Positions 8,222 through 18,651 of a stretch of DNA of 64,000 nt are shown one piece after another. Position 1 is the first letter of the stretch. Every line of letters begins with the position of its first letter. The notes beneath the pieces were generated by a model. That model did not search any database, was not told the DNA's origin, and saw nothing but the letters and a program-made list of their open reading frames with translations. The position numbers and the translations under genes are program-made. The DNA comes from Candidatus Binatia bacterium. Lineage in GTDB: Bacteria > Desulfobacterota > Binatia > Bin18. Location of the stretch: assembly GCA_963666315.2 (NCBI GenBank), contig CAXXHG010000043.1, forward strand, positions 256,001-320,000, in the 5' to 3' direction.

Positions 8222-10588
8222 CTATACCACGCTGTACGGATCCACATCAACGATTGTGCGCACACCTCGGGGGGGGTTGGCCTGATCAAAGGCGTCACGC
8301 GCTTTTCTCACCAGGGAATGCAGCATCGGACGATTGGGACCCTTGACCAGCAATTGCCAACGCTCACGTCCCTTGATGCGTTCGATGGGAGCAGGAGCGG
8401 GACCCAATATCTCCAGGCTTGATGGACCTGCTGAGACGAATTCGGCAGACCGTAGTATGTCTTCAAGCTGCTGCGCGAACAGCGTGGCACTCGCCTCGAC
8501 CTGCTGTCCGTCTCGTCCTTCAAAGCGCATATTGATCATCCGCGTAAAGGGCGGATAGCCCAGACGTTTACGATAGCGCAATTCCTGAGCGGCGAAGCGA
8601 GTAAAGTCATGTTGGGCAGCACACCGAATACTGTAATGCCTCGGCGCATAAGTCTGGATGATGACTTTCCCGATGTCCTCACCCCGTCCCGCTCTTCCAG
8701 CCACTTGCGTCAGCAGTTGAAAGGTACGTTCTGCAGCCCGAAAGTCAGGTCGATTGAGCGTCACGTCGGCGAGAATCACCCCGACAAGCGTTACCCCGGG
8801 GACGTCGTGTCCCTTGGCGACCATTTGGGTTCCAATCAATACATCGAACGCATGCCCGCGCCACGCGCGTAAAATTCGATCGAGCGTTCCTCGGCGCTTT
8901 ACAGTGTCCCGATCAAGCCGCGCAACGCGGACTTCTGGCAGAAAATTCTTGAGTGCATCTTCAACCTGCTCCGTTCCGATCCCACTCCCAACCAGGCTAG
9001 GCTGGTTGCAGGCAGGGCACTCTTCTATGCTCCGTCTGGTAAATCCACAATAATGGCAGCATAGCGCTCTCCGATGAAGGTGAAAGGTCAGGGTCACGCT
9101 GCAGTGCGGACACGAGAGGACCTCACCGCACAGGCGGCATTGAAGATAATTCGCATATCCACGCCGATTGAGAAAGAGGACGCTTTGTTTTCCAGCCTGA
9201 TGGTTGGCAATGAGCGCGTTTCTCAAGCGTGCTGAAAAGATGGGGGCCGCATTCCCGGATCGGGCCTCGTTGCGGAGATCGATAATCTCAACTTTTGGTA
9301 AGGGGCGCGATGCAACACGCTCAGGAAGAGTCAGAGCAGTGTATTGCTGTGTTTGGCTATGTGTATAGCTCTCAAGGGAGGGCGTCGCGGAACCCAAAAT
9401 TACAGGACAGGATAAGATTTTACTACGTATAATGGCAATATCTCTTGCATTATAGCGAACCCCGTCCTCCTGCTTATATGCTGTTTCATGCTCTTCATCC
9501 ACGACAATAAGTCCAAGATCAACCAGGGGAGCAAAGACAGCTGAACGCGCACCAACAACAACCGACACCTCTCCACGGGCAATACGTTTCCACTCGATCC
9601 AGCGTATTTTATCCGTCATTGCACTGTGCAGCACAGCAACCCTGTCGCCAAAACGTTGCTGGACCTGAGTAACGAGTTGTTGCGTGAGTGCAATCTCTGG
9701 AACAAGGATAAGCGCGCTTTTCTTTTGTCTTACTGCTTGCTTTGTCGCTCTCAGATACACTTCTGTTTTCCCACTGCCAGTAACTCCGTACAGTAGAAAA
9801 ACTCGAAATTCGCCCTTTTTTAGCGACTTTTCTATCTCACTGTGCGCATTTATCTGGGCATCAGTCAAAGTGAGAGCTTTCCAGTGAGTTCCTTCTGCTT
9901 TCTCTCCTGGAATGTCCCTAGACTCGCCAGATCCACTAATAGTCCGAGGTCGGGAGAATGACTCGGTAACCCGTACAAGGTTAAGCAGCTCAAGATGCTG
10001 GAGTTTCTTTCCCATAGCAAGCTGAGGAAAACGTCGTTGTAGAGTTTGCACTGCCACCCGCTTCTTCCCCATCATATAGGAGAGCAAGTCTCGCTCATCA
10101 CCACTGAGGCCGTCAATCAGCGTCTTTTCTTTCTCCTGATCATCATCAGCGTCTCGTTCTCCGCCTGTATCAGGCGTCCTCTTCTTCCTGCCTTTTTTCT
10201 TTCTAGGCCGTGTCACGAACAAAGCACTCTCACTACGCGCTGTACGAGGAAGTATGGTCTGAAGCGTAGCTCCTGGCGAAGAAAAATAATATTTCGATAT
10301 CCATTCCCAAAGCTGTCTCATGTATTGAGTAAAAATAGGAACTTCGTCTATAATATCGAGAATGTACTTCACCTTTTTTTGATCGATATCTCCTGAGTGC
10401 GAATTGAGTCCAACGATAATTCCTGTTATTTTCCGGCTATTTACAGGAACGACAACGCGAACCCCCTCTTGGACACGCGAAATGAGGGGCACTGGAACAC
10501 GATAAACCAATTCACTATTCCTGCCGATAGGAAATATGAGTGCGACAGAAGCAAAGCAAGGATCCGTGAAACATTGATCGTTAAACAT
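8222..10588 (-). CDS. priA: Primosomal protein N' (replication restart helicase)
   Basis: GVTGSGKTEVY, DEEH, GSATPSLES, CxxC zinc clusters and QVAGRAGR. Confidence 0.97.
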   Translation of the reverse strand: MFNDQCFTDPCFASVALIFPIGRNSELVYRVPVPLISRVQEGVRVVVPVNSRKITGIIVGLNSHSGDIDQKKVKYILDIIDEVPIFTQYMRQLWEWISKYYFSSPGATLQTILPRTARSESALFVTRPRKKKGRKKRTPDTGGERDADDDQEKEKTLIDGLSGDERDLLSYMMGKKRVAVQTLQRRFPQLAMGKKLQHLELLNLVRVTESFSRPRTISGSGESRDIPGEKAEGTHWKALTLTDAQINAHSEIEKSLKKGEFRVFLLYGVTGSGKTEVYLRATKQAVRQKKSALILVPEIALTQQLVTQVQQRFGDRVAVLHSAMTDKIRWIEWKRIARGEVSVVVGARSAVFAPLVDLGLIVVDEEHETAYKQEDGVRYNARDIAIIRSKILSCPVILGSATPSLESYTHSQTQQYTALTLPERVASRPLPKVEIIDLRNEARSGNAAPIFSARLRNALIANHQAGKQSVLFLNRRGYANYLQCRLCGEVLSCPHCSVTLTFHLHRRALCCHYCGFTRRSIEECPACNQPSLVGSGIGTEQVEDALKNFLPEVRVARLDRDTVKRRGTLDRILRAWRGHAFDVLIGTQMVAKGHDVPGVTLVGVILADVTLNRPDFRAAERTFQLLTQVAGRAGRGEDIGKVIIQTYAPRHYSIRCAAQHDFTRFAAQELRYRKRLGYPPFTRMINMRFEGRDGQQVEASATLFAQQLEDILRSAEFVSAGPSSLEILGPAPAPIERIKGRERWQLLVKGPNRPMLHSLVRKARDAFDQANPPRGVRTIVDVDPYSVV

Positions 10589-10617
10589 TTGACAAGTTAG
10601 TTTTTATATTGCATAGT
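10589..10617 (+). promoter_or_regulatory. Putative sigma70 promoter of the pil operon
   Basis: TTGACA-N17-CATAGT. Confidence 0.5.
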
Positions 10618-10650
10618 AAGTGGTTGAAATACCTTGTTGTTGAGACTCTG

Positions 10651-11757
10651 ATGGAAGCCTTGAGAAAAACCCTTGAAAGCATATTGAAACCTATCTCTCC
10701 TATTCTGCCCTTTGGAGGAGAAAAAGGCTATATCAGCCTTGATATTGGTTCAAGCTCAATAAAGATGGTGGAAGTCGGTGGACATGGCCCTAGCCTCAAG
10801 GTGACAAACGCAGGGATCATCCCGCTTCCCCTTGACGCTATGCCAAGCAATTCTGTACAGGATTCTGGCCGTGTTTCCCAGGCTATCCGCACCCTCATTG
10901 ATGAGAATCGGATCAAATCAACGGACGTCATAACTGCGGTGCCTAGTCCGGCCGTTATTATTAAGCGCGTTGCCTTTCCTATCCAGGATCCGGAAACGTT
11001 AGAGGGGACGATCCTGTTCGAAGCAGGAAACTTCATACCCGAAAGCCTCGATAATGTAAATCTCGACTATCAAATTCTTGATATAGATACGGAAACTGAC
11101 AATGTAGACGTCCTCCTTGTTGCAGTCCGGAAAGACGTTATCAACAGCTACCTCAGCGCTATTCGCGAAGCAGGCCTTACACCGTCTATCGTCGATGTCG
11201 ATTATTTTGCTATCGAGAACATGTTTGAGGCGAACTATACCCCAGCACCGGATGAGGTTATTGCCCTGATAAATATTGGCGCTCGTTACTCCTCCATCAA
11301 CATCATGAAGGGCGGACGCTCATCTTTTACCGGCGACGTACCCCTGGGGGGGGAACAGTTCACGGATTTGCTCATGCAAGAGCTGGGCCTTGACCGAGAC
11401 CAAGCAGAAGAGGCAAAAATTCTGGGCTCGATAGAAGGACACGAAAAGGACGACATTGACCGCGTCCTTTCTGTTACTTCGGAGCAGCTTCTGGACGAGA
11501 TACAGCGGGCGTTGAGCTTCTTCTGGACAGGTTCAACAGAAGAGCAGATTAGCTCCGTCTATTTAAGCGGGGGGACAGCCCAGCTCCCAGATCTGGCCTC
11601 AGCTGTTAGCACGCGCCTTCAGGTTCCCGTCGAAGTGTGTAATCCCTTCCGCTCACTTACTATCGGCCGCCACGTTGATGAAGACTTCATAGAGCATCAC
11701 GCGTCATCCTTAGCCGTCAGTGTTGGTCTCGCAACCAGAAGGCCAGGAGACAAATGA
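10651..11757 (+). CDS. pilM: Type IV pilus assembly protein PilM
   Basis: LDIGSSSIK, VLLVA, VDVDYFAIEN, LSGG and AVSVGLA motifs; first gene of the pil cluster. Confidence 0.93.
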   Translation: MEALRKTLESILKPISPILPFGGEKGYISLDIGSSSIKMVEVGGHGPSLKVTNAGIIPLPLDAMPSNSVQDSGRVSQAIRTLIDENRIKSTDVITAVPSPAVIIKRVAFPIQDPETLEGTILFEAGNFIPESLDNVNLDYQILDIDTETDNVDVLLVAVRKDVINSYLSAIREAGLTPSIVDVDYFAIENMFEANYTPAPDEVIALINIGARYSSINIMKGGRSSFTGDVPLGGEQFTDLLMQELGLDRDQAEEAKILGSIEGHEKDDIDRVLSVTSEQLLDEIQRALSFFWTGSTEEQISSVYLSGGTAQLPDLASAVSTRLQVPVEVCNPFRSLTIGRHVDEDFIEHHASSLAVSVGLATRRPGDK

Positions 11758-12386
11758 TTCATATTAACCTCCTGCCAGCTAGAGAAGTCGAGGAAGCCTC
11801 GTCAAGAGGGAAAGAAGTCGTGATTGCGGGTGGAATCCTCATCCTCGCCCTTACCGCGGTATCCACTATCCATCTATTCCAATTACAAAATATTCGTCTC
11901 GCGCAGGCGAAAGTTGATGGTCTTGAAAGTGAAATTACGCAAATACGTAAACAAAACAGCGAAGTAAATGAGTTGTTCAAGAGAAAGGATTTACTTGAGC
12001 AAAAGTTGAAAGCTGTGAGATCTCTTACATTTCCGCCACGCAGAGCTACTTCTGTCCGTATTCTCGATGATTTAAGCCAGAGCACTCCAGAATTGACGCC
12101 GCTGCAGCGCTTTGACCTCAGCCAGCTCAGGCTTGTTGGAGTTGTCTGAGAAATGCAGCAGCCGAAGGCATTAATCGAAGACAGTGGCGGGCTCGGCTAC
12201 ATCGTAGAGGCGGGCACGCTCATCGGTTCCAACGGTGGGGTCATCAAGTTAATTGAACCGAGACGGATCGTAGTCGAAGAGTACAAGACAGACTTTTACG
12301 GCAAACGTCAGATTCAACAGCGAGAGCTGAAACTCGTGATTGTGAACTCAGCCCCCAAGGGTGGTGGGACAAACGCAAAGAAATAG
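11754..12386 (+). pseudogene. pilN(5')::pilP(3') deletion fusion; pilO absent; TGA at a Trp position of the PilP part
   Basis: MIHINLLP + TM + coiled coil (PilN) runs to DDLSQSTPEL, then continues in one frame as TPLQRFDLSQLRLVGVV*EMQQPKALIEDSGGLGYIV...IGSNGG (PilP). Confidence 0.8.
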
Positions 12387-12421
12387 ACAACTAGTGTCCT
12401 AAATTAAGTGGGGATGAAGGG

Positions 12422-14683
12422 ATGCGGAGCTTGTTATACGGACACAGGATAAAGGTAGCAGTCCTTTTATGGGCTTGTTTGGTCGCTGGAGCCTGTGCTC
12501 ATCCAGGTAGGTCTACAGGTAGGTCTAAGGGAGTACTTGGAGCAAAACCTCCTCCAGTAACACCGACGCCGGCTCTCCCTGAACCGCTGGGTAAGCCACC
12601 ATCACTTCCTGAACCGACATATACAGGGCCGCTCCAGCTTCACGAGGTCCGAGTGATTACAGATTCCGGCCAACGGCACGTAGTATTTCGCTTTTCGCGT
12701 CCACCGGAAGACATCAATTACTTTCCCCTACGCGATCCTAGCCGCATTGTCATTGACATAAAAGGACTGGTCGAATCGCTCCCTCAGGTCGCAATTTATA
12801 AGGCTGACGACCCCCTTATCGAGGCGGTCAGAGTCGGGAGTTATGAAGGCAGAATGCGTCTCGTCGTAGATATAGTGTCTGAGGAACTCCCCGAATTCTC
12901 AGTGCAAAGCGGCAATGTCGTCCTGATGGCGACGCTCGGAAAGAAAACCGAGGGAAGCGCTCCAGGACAGAAGGACGCTCAAGTCCTTTTTATCGCAGAG
13001 AACGCCCGTCTTGATCAGTTAGCCCAAGCCCCGCCTGTTGTCGCTAGGCTTCCAGCAGCCTCCAGACGCATAGAAGAGTCCTCCTTGGCTCCGGCGGCGC
13101 ACCCCCTTGCAGCTACTCCTCGTCAGCTGGTGCAAGCTGAGCCGCCGGCAGGTCCGGCTCCTTCAGCATCCGATCCAATACAAGCCACAGTCTTTAGTCG
13201 TCAGAAGCTTGCTGCCTCTGCGTTCGCACCGGCTCAACCGGAGTATATCGGACAGAAGATCTCGCTGGATTTTAAGAATGCAGATATTCACGACGTTCTG
13301 CGGATTCTTGCTGATGTGAGTGGTCTGAACCTTGTTTCTACAGACGACGTAAAGGGCAAGATTACCCTCCGTTTAGTCGATGTCCCGTGGGATCAGGCGT
13401 TTGCCGTCGTACTGCAAGCAAATGGATTAGAAAGCGTCCAGTCCGGCAATGTCGTCACCATCTCGACGACCAAGCGACTAGGCGAGGAGATTAACGCTCG
13501 ACTCAAAGCCCAAGAAGCTGAACAGAAGCTCGCACCGCTGGAAACCGTCTATGTCAAAATCAATTATGTCAAATCGACCGACCTAGTCAGTCTGATCGGC
13601 CGTCAGTCCGGGTCCGGGAAATCAGCTGGGGCTGCGAAAAAGCCTGGAAAAGGTCGCCGCGGGGGCGGCACCCAGGTGGCCCTCATGTCTCCACGCGGGA
13701 CAATTGCCGCCGATGAGACTTCGAATGTTGTCATCATCCGTGATGTCCGAGAAAACATTGGTGCGATCCAAGAGCTGATTAGGAATATTGATGTCCAAAC
13801 GCCACAGGTTCTCATCGAATCGTATATCGTCACGGTAAATGAAAACATTAACCGCTCTCTGGGAATCCAATGGGGATACCAACACATCGCAAGTCCGCAA
13901 ACGGGAAATCCAACCGGTCTCAATTTTCCAGGCCGCATCGCGATCGGAGGGGCCGGACCTACATTGGGTGCTGGCGGGATCCCTTTTATTGCCGACTTTC
14001 CTGCTATGCCAGGAGCATCCACATTGGACCTCTTCCTCGGCTCGCTTGACGGAGCGAATTCGCTCAGTGCACGCTTGAGTGCCCTTGAGTCGGAAGGGAA
14101 AGCGCGTGTGATCTCCCGTCCTCGAGTCGTGACCCTGAATAATGGACAAGCATTGATTAAGTCGCGCAGAGAAGTGCGGGTGCCGGTCACGTCAGGAAAT
14201 CTGACTGTTGGAGGCGCCGGCACTTCCGGCGGCGGCGATGCGTTTGAAACATTTGATGTCGGTATTACTCTGAGGGTCACACCCCAGATCTCTTCTGACG
14301 GATATGTTCTGATGAAAATCGAGGCAGAAAGTAGCGAGCTGGTACCTTCAAGCGTTACCACATCGGCTGCTTCTTCCACGGTACCAAGCATCCCCGACGT
14401 CCTCTCACGAACAACGAATTCAACAGTCTTAGTCCGTGCAGGATCAACCTTTGTTTTGGGCGGCATCCTGCAAGATGAGTTAAAACGGGAAGAAACCGGT
14501 ATTCCATATCTGAGAGACACTCCGGGCATAGGCTGGCTGTTTAAAGGGAAAACCGACCTCAGGAACAAAAATGAACTCTTAATTTTCCTCACCCCGACGA
14601 TTATTACTGGCGTGTCGACTACGACTTTACCCTCAGCGAGCCAACTGTGGGAAAAACGGCCGGGTGGCGGAGTCGGGCCGTAA
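12422..14683 (+). CDS. pilQ: Type IV pilus secretin PilQ
   Basis: AMIN-like domain, YIGQKISLDFKNADI, VPWDQA, QVLIES and secretin C-terminus (GIPYLRDTPGIGWLF, ELLIFLTPTI). Confidence 0.95.
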   Translation: MRSLLYGHRIKVAVLLWACLVAGACAHPGRSTGRSKGVLGAKPPPVTPTPALPEPLGKPPSLPEPTYTGPLQLHEVRVITDSGQRHVVFRFSRPPEDINYFPLRDPSRIVIDIKGLVESLPQVAIYKADDPLIEAVRVGSYEGRMRLVVDIVSEELPEFSVQSGNVVLMATLGKKTEGSAPGQKDAQVLFIAENARLDQLAQAPPVVARLPAASRRIEESSLAPAAHPLAATPRQLVQAEPPAGPAPSASDPIQATVFSRQKLAASAFAPAQPEYIGQKISLDFKNADIHDVLRILADVSGLNLVSTDDVKGKITLRLVDVPWDQAFAVVLQANGLESVQSGNVVTISTTKRLGEEINARLKAQEAEQKLAPLETVYVKINYVKSTDLVSLIGRQSGSGKSAGAAKKPGKGRRGGGTQVALMSPRGTIAADETSNVVIIRDVRENIGAIQELIRNIDVQTPQVLIESYIVTVNENINRSLGIQWGYQHIASPQTGNPTGLNFPGRIAIGGAGPTLGAGGIPFIADFPAMPGASTLDLFLGSLDGANSLSARLSALESEGKARVISRPRVVTLNNGQALIKSRREVRVPVTSGNLTVGGAGTSGGGDAFETFDVGITLRVTPQISSDGYVLMKIEAESSELVPSSVTTSAASSTVPSIPDVLSRTTNSTVLVRAGSTFVLGGILQDELKREETGIPYLRDTPGIGWLFKGKTDLRNKNELLIFLTPTIITGVSTTTLPSASQLWEKRPGGGVGP

Positions 14684-14702
14684 GCGAGAGAGATTTCAAA
14701 AG

Positions 14703-14724
14703 AGAAAGCGCCCGGGCGTTTTCT
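14703..14724 (+). terminator. Hairpin downstream of pilQ, possible intrinsic terminator
   Basis: AGAAAGCGCCC/GGGCGTTTTCT near-palindrome 20 nt after the pilQ stop. Confidence 0.4.
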
Positions 14725-15020
14725 GCTGAAGATGGTGGTGGAAGAATCGGAAAACCTAGAAGCCTAAGAGCTCAATGGTGGCGGGGGTGGAGACGTGGGG
14801 GAGCTCTTAGACCTGTGGGTTTCTCATCCATGAGAGAGTTGAGAAGAGAGTACAAGCCCTAAAGGGTCGGGACACTCGGAGGCTTGGACGCCAAATGCGG
14901 ACATGCGGATGTGGTGGGGTGGTGGAAGCGAGGGACGGATCTTTTTGGCTCCGAGCTTCCGAGCGTCTCTATCAGGGGTGGGGTAAGGTGGTGTGGTGGT
15001 GGTGGACATGGAGAGACGAA

Positions 15021-15055
15021 TATAGGGGCGGAGATTTACCCCATCCGCCCCTATA
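15021..15055. repeat. REP-like palindrome
   Basis: TATAGGGGCGGA-N11-TCCGCCCCTATA is a perfect 12-bp inverted repeat resembling GTAG-family REP elements. Confidence 0.55.
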
Positions 15056-15149
15056 CACACAGACATCAGCGTTTGAAGGCGGGGAGGAGGATACGCACGA
15101 GAGCAGGCGGCAGGTTACGAAAGGTTCTGTGCATTAGAGGTCATCCACA

Positions 15150-16310
15150 ATGTTACGCTTTTTTACGGCAGGAGAATCCCACGGGCCATGTTTGACTGCG
15201 ATTGTCGAAGGATTCCCCGCCGGGGTCCCAATTGACGTTACCCAAATAAACCATGATCTCTCCCGTCGCCAGCAAGGTTATGGTCGTGGCGGACGTATGA
15301 AGATTGAAAAGGACGAAGCCTTGATTCAGTCCGGAGTCCGTTGGGGAGAAAGCCTTGGATCTCCCATCACCTTGATGGTCCAGAATAGAGATTGGCGGAA
15401 CTGGGAAAAGCGCATGTCCCCATTTGCTGAGGATAAGGACGAGAATATTGCCGTCACGCGTCCGCGTCCAGGTCATGCCGACCTCACAGGTGTGTTGAAA
15501 TACAACCACCGAGACATCCGGAACATCCTAGAGCGAGCGAGCGCACGTGAGACAGCAGCTCGGGTAGCCATTGGCGGGCTCGCGAAATGTCTCTTATCCC
15601 CCTTTGGCATTCAAGTCATAGGATATGTGACAGAAATCGGGGGAATTGTTGCCAACCATGAAAGTCTCACAACCCAAGAGATCTACGAGAAAGCTGAAGT
15701 TTCTCCGGTGCGCTTGGCTGATGGGGAAGCAGAGAAAAAAATTATTGCCCTGATCGATCAATGTAAAAAGCAGGGCGACACGTTGGGTGGGGTGGTGGAG
15801 GTGGCGGCAACAGGGTTGCCGCCAGGGCTGGGGAGTTTTGCTCAGTGGGACCGCAAGCTTGATGGGCGGCTCGGTGCGGCGCTCTTAAGCTTGCAGTCGG
15901 CGAAGGGCGTGGAGGTGGGGTTGGGGTTTGCCACTGCAAAACTTCCCGGCTCGCAGGTGCATGACGAGATTGCCTTTGACCATAATACAGGCTTCACTCG
16001 CCAAAGCAACAATTCCGGCGGAACTGAGGGAGGAATGAGTACCGGTGAACCGCTGCGCATCAAGGTGGCTTTTAAGCCGCTCTCTACACTGATGCGACCT
16101 TTGCGGTCGGTTGATATTCGTACCAAGGAACCCATCGAAGCAACAATAGAGCGCTCGGACGTGTGTGCGATTCCTGCTGCGGCTGTCATAGCGGAAGCGG
16201 TCATGGCATATGTCCTCGCCCAAGTGTTCCTGGAAAAGTTCGGTGGAGACTCCCTTGCCGAGATCACACGGAATTATGACGGCTATCTTGAACATGTGAG
16301 ACAATTCTAA
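15150..16310 (+). CDS. aroC: Chorismate synthase
   Basis: TAGESHG, RPRPGHAD, ERASARETA, GGTEGGMS and ERSD motifs. Confidence 0.98.
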   Translation: MLRFFTAGESHGPCLTAIVEGFPAGVPIDVTQINHDLSRRQQGYGRGGRMKIEKDEALIQSGVRWGESLGSPITLMVQNRDWRNWEKRMSPFAEDKDENIAVTRPRPGHADLTGVLKYNHRDIRNILERASARETAARVAIGGLAKCLLSPFGIQVIGYVTEIGGIVANHESLTTQEIYEKAEVSPVRLADGEAEKKIIALIDQCKKQGDTLGGVVEVAATGLPPGLGSFAQWDRKLDGRLGAALLSLQSAKGVEVGLGFATAKLPGSQVHDEIAFDHNTGFTRQSNNSGGTEGGMSTGEPLRIKVAFKPLSTLMRPLRSVDIRTKEPIEATIERSDVCAIPAAAVIAEAVMAYVLAQVFLEKFGGDSLAEITRNYDGYLEHVRQF

Positions 16311-16855
16311 TGGCCGCCCGTTTGATACGCAACATCATCTTGACTGGTTTTATGGGAACAGGAAAAAGTGTAGTTGGTAAAAGTCTGGCAAGGCAACTCA
16401 AACGCCGATTTATTGATACGGATACTCTTATCGAACAAGAGGCGGGCATATCGATTGCCCAGATCTTTGAGACAGAAGGGGAGCCAGCCTTCCGAAAAAG
16501 AGAAAGACAAGCAATCACATGGAGCTGTCAAGAAGACGACATAGTCATAGCCACGGGCGGTGGAGCGATCATGGATGCGGAGAATGCCAGGATGCTGAAA
16601 GAGAGTGGCATCGTCATCTGTCTCACTGCGCGCCCAGAGGTCATACTCCAGCGTCTTCACAATACTTCATCGCGCCCGCTTTTGCAGGAGCCAAAACCGC
16701 TCGAAAAGATACAAAAGCTGATAGCGGATCGGGCTGACGCCTATGCACAAGCCGACCTTAGCATCGATACTTCGTGTTTAGGCCCGGATGCTGTTGTGGA
16801 GGCTGCGCTTACAGCACTGTCAGAAAAGAGCTACGCGGCGGAGAAAATAGCGTAA
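16310..16855 (+). CDS. aroK: Shikimate kinase
   Basis: GFMGTGKS, GEPAFRKRE, ATGGG and RPLL motifs. Confidence 0.97.
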   Translation: MAARLIRNIILTGFMGTGKSVVGKSLARQLKRRFIDTDTLIEQEAGISIAQIFETEGEPAFRKRERQAITWSCQEDDIVIATGGGAIMDAENARMLKESGIVICLTARPEVILQRLHNTSSRPLLQEPKPLEKIQKLIADRADAYAQADLSIDTSCLGPDAVVEAALTALSEKSYAAEKIA

Positions 16856-17928
16856 TGGACACTGTCACAATGAATCTCGGGACCAGGTCATACCCCATCC
16901 ATATTGGGTCAGGCGTCCTCAGTATGCTTGGGCAACTGCTCAAGCAGCAAAATTTCCCTGCCGGTCGCATCGGGGTCGTGACAGATACGCATGTTGGCAA
17001 ACATTACCGGGAGCACGTTACTCAGACGCTTAGCGCATCCGGATTCAACCCGGTTGTCATTGAAATTCCTGCCGGTGAAGACCATAAGAACTTGGCGTGG
17101 CTCGCCTTTCTGTATGACAAGCTCGTCGAGGGACGCCTTGAGCGTACGTCCCCCCTGCTTGCGCTCGGCGGTGGTGTCATTGGAGACCTCACGGGTTTTG
17201 CCGCCGCAACATTCCAGCGCGGAGTGCCGTTTATTCAAATCCCGACAACACTGCTGGCCCAGGTTGACGCCAGCGTTGGGGGAAAAACTGGGGTCAATCA
17301 TCCTGCGGGAAAGAATTTGATCGGCGCATTCTACCAGCCGCGTATGGTCGCGATCGATGTCGAGACCCTGAAAACCTTGCCGCGGCGCGAATTTGTGGCA
17401 GGGATAGCGGAAGTTATTAAATACGGCGTTATTCTCAGCCCGGAACTTTTTCTGTTGTTGGAAGAAGAACTTCCGGCGCTACTCGACCTGAAACCCTTCC
17501 TCTTAACCCGTATTGTCAAAACCTGTTGCCAGCTCAAGACACGCGTGGTGGAAGAAGACGAAACCGAAAGGGACTATCGGGCTATTCTCAACTTCGGTCA
17601 CACGTTAGGCCATGCCATTGAGAGTGCTACGGACTACAAATGTTTTCTGCATGGAGAAGCCGTCGCTCTGGGGATGGTTTTTGCCCTCCGTCTATCCCAG
17701 CGTCGCGGCCTGTGTCGTTCCCCAACGAGCGAGCGGGTCTGCCGTTTGATTAAACAAGCCGGGCTACCAGTTGATATTCCTAAGAACATTGTAGCACAAC
17801 GCCTACGAATTGGGGTAGAGACAGACAAGAAGGTTGTTGGTGGAAAAGTCAAGTTTGTGTGTATCGAAGACATTGGGAAGACGTGCTTTGAATTTCTAAG
17901 CGTAAACGAGATTGCTGAACACTTGTAA
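16855..17928 (+). CDS. aroB: 3-dehydroquinate synthase
   Basis: LGGGVIGD, PTTLLAQVDASVGGKT, LNFGHTLGHAIE and HGEAVA motifs; the ATG overlaps the aroK stop. Confidence 0.97.
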   Translation: MDTVTMNLGTRSYPIHIGSGVLSMLGQLLKQQNFPAGRIGVVTDTHVGKHYREHVTQTLSASGFNPVVIEIPAGEDHKNLAWLAFLYDKLVEGRLERTSPLLALGGGVIGDLTGFAAATFQRGVPFIQIPTTLLAQVDASVGGKTGVNHPAGKNLIGAFYQPRMVAIDVETLKTLPRREFVAGIAEVIKYGVILSPELFLLLEEELPALLDLKPFLLTRIVKTCCQLKTRVVEEDETERDYRAILNFGHTLGHAIESATDYKCFLHGEAVALGMVFALRLSQRRGLCRSPTSERVCRLIKQAGLPVDIPKNIVAQRLRIGVETDKKVVGGKVKFVCIEDIGKTCFEFLSVNEIAEHL

Positions 17929-17954
17929 AGTGTGTGTTGGGAAGGAGGCGTGGC

Positions 17955-18541
17955 GTGGGTGTGGAAGGACGGATGCATTGGCTGGTGGTGCTGCTCCCGC
18001 TGATGTGTGGAGCCTGTGGCAATGAGGGGGAAAACGACAGGAGGCTCAGTGTCAGGTTCCGACAACGGATAATGCCATTTCTGATCAAAGCATTGCTCTT
18101 CCCCTCAATAGTAGCTCGATTAGTAATGGCTATCCAGACTCTTCGAGTTTTCTCAGTTTCTGTCGCGGATTTCTTCAGCTTCAAAATAACCTTTTCGGTC
18201 AAAGAATTCTTGTCGACCGGATCGATTTTGAATATGAGGTACCAGGCAGTTCTATCGCTGTCCCATCGGGTTCGTTTCCAACGGGCTTGAGCCAGAACCC
18301 GGCAGATGCCGATGTAGAGCAGAACCCCAATTCGTTTGGTGCGGTAAACACGTTCTTTACCCAACTCGATGGACAACTCGTTCCCAGTGCGCTCATCCTA
18401 TTTCTGCGCCGAAATCAGCCTTCTCTGCCCCAGCTTCCCTACGTCATGATCGTGCACGTGACGGCGCGGGGCCAGACAGAGAGCGGAGACCTCATTGTCA
18501 GTAATGAGACCCGCTACACCATCGAGTGGGTGGCAGGTTAA
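17955..18541 (+). pseudogene. Frameshifted lipoprotein of unknown function
   Basis: SD + GTG at 17955 encodes a signal peptide and lipobox (LLPLMCGAC). The frame changes near 18050 to a long open frame QVPTTDNAISD...RYTIEWVAG* ending at 18541. Confidence 0.65.
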
Positions 18542-18651
18542 TCCCCTCTCTAAGCGGGACCCACAGGCGGGCAGAGAACACGAAACAATATATATTCAAA
18601 CAAGAATACTGAAGCAGTTCTGGAAGAGGCTTGCAGAAGGAGAGGTGTGGT

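Noticed and set aside
12147-12149. In-frame TGA in the PilP part as Sec or as evidence for TGA=Trp recoding
   Set aside because: The position corresponds to Trp, not Cys, and no SECIS-like hairpin was seen. Many intact genes here (pilM, gpsA, yidC, rsmG, parB, gyrA) end in TGA, so code 11 holds; this is a nonsense mutation in an already deleted gene.
13603-14592. 329-aa antisense ORF inside pilQ
   Set aside because: Shadow frame of a strongly supported gene, with no recognisable motifs.
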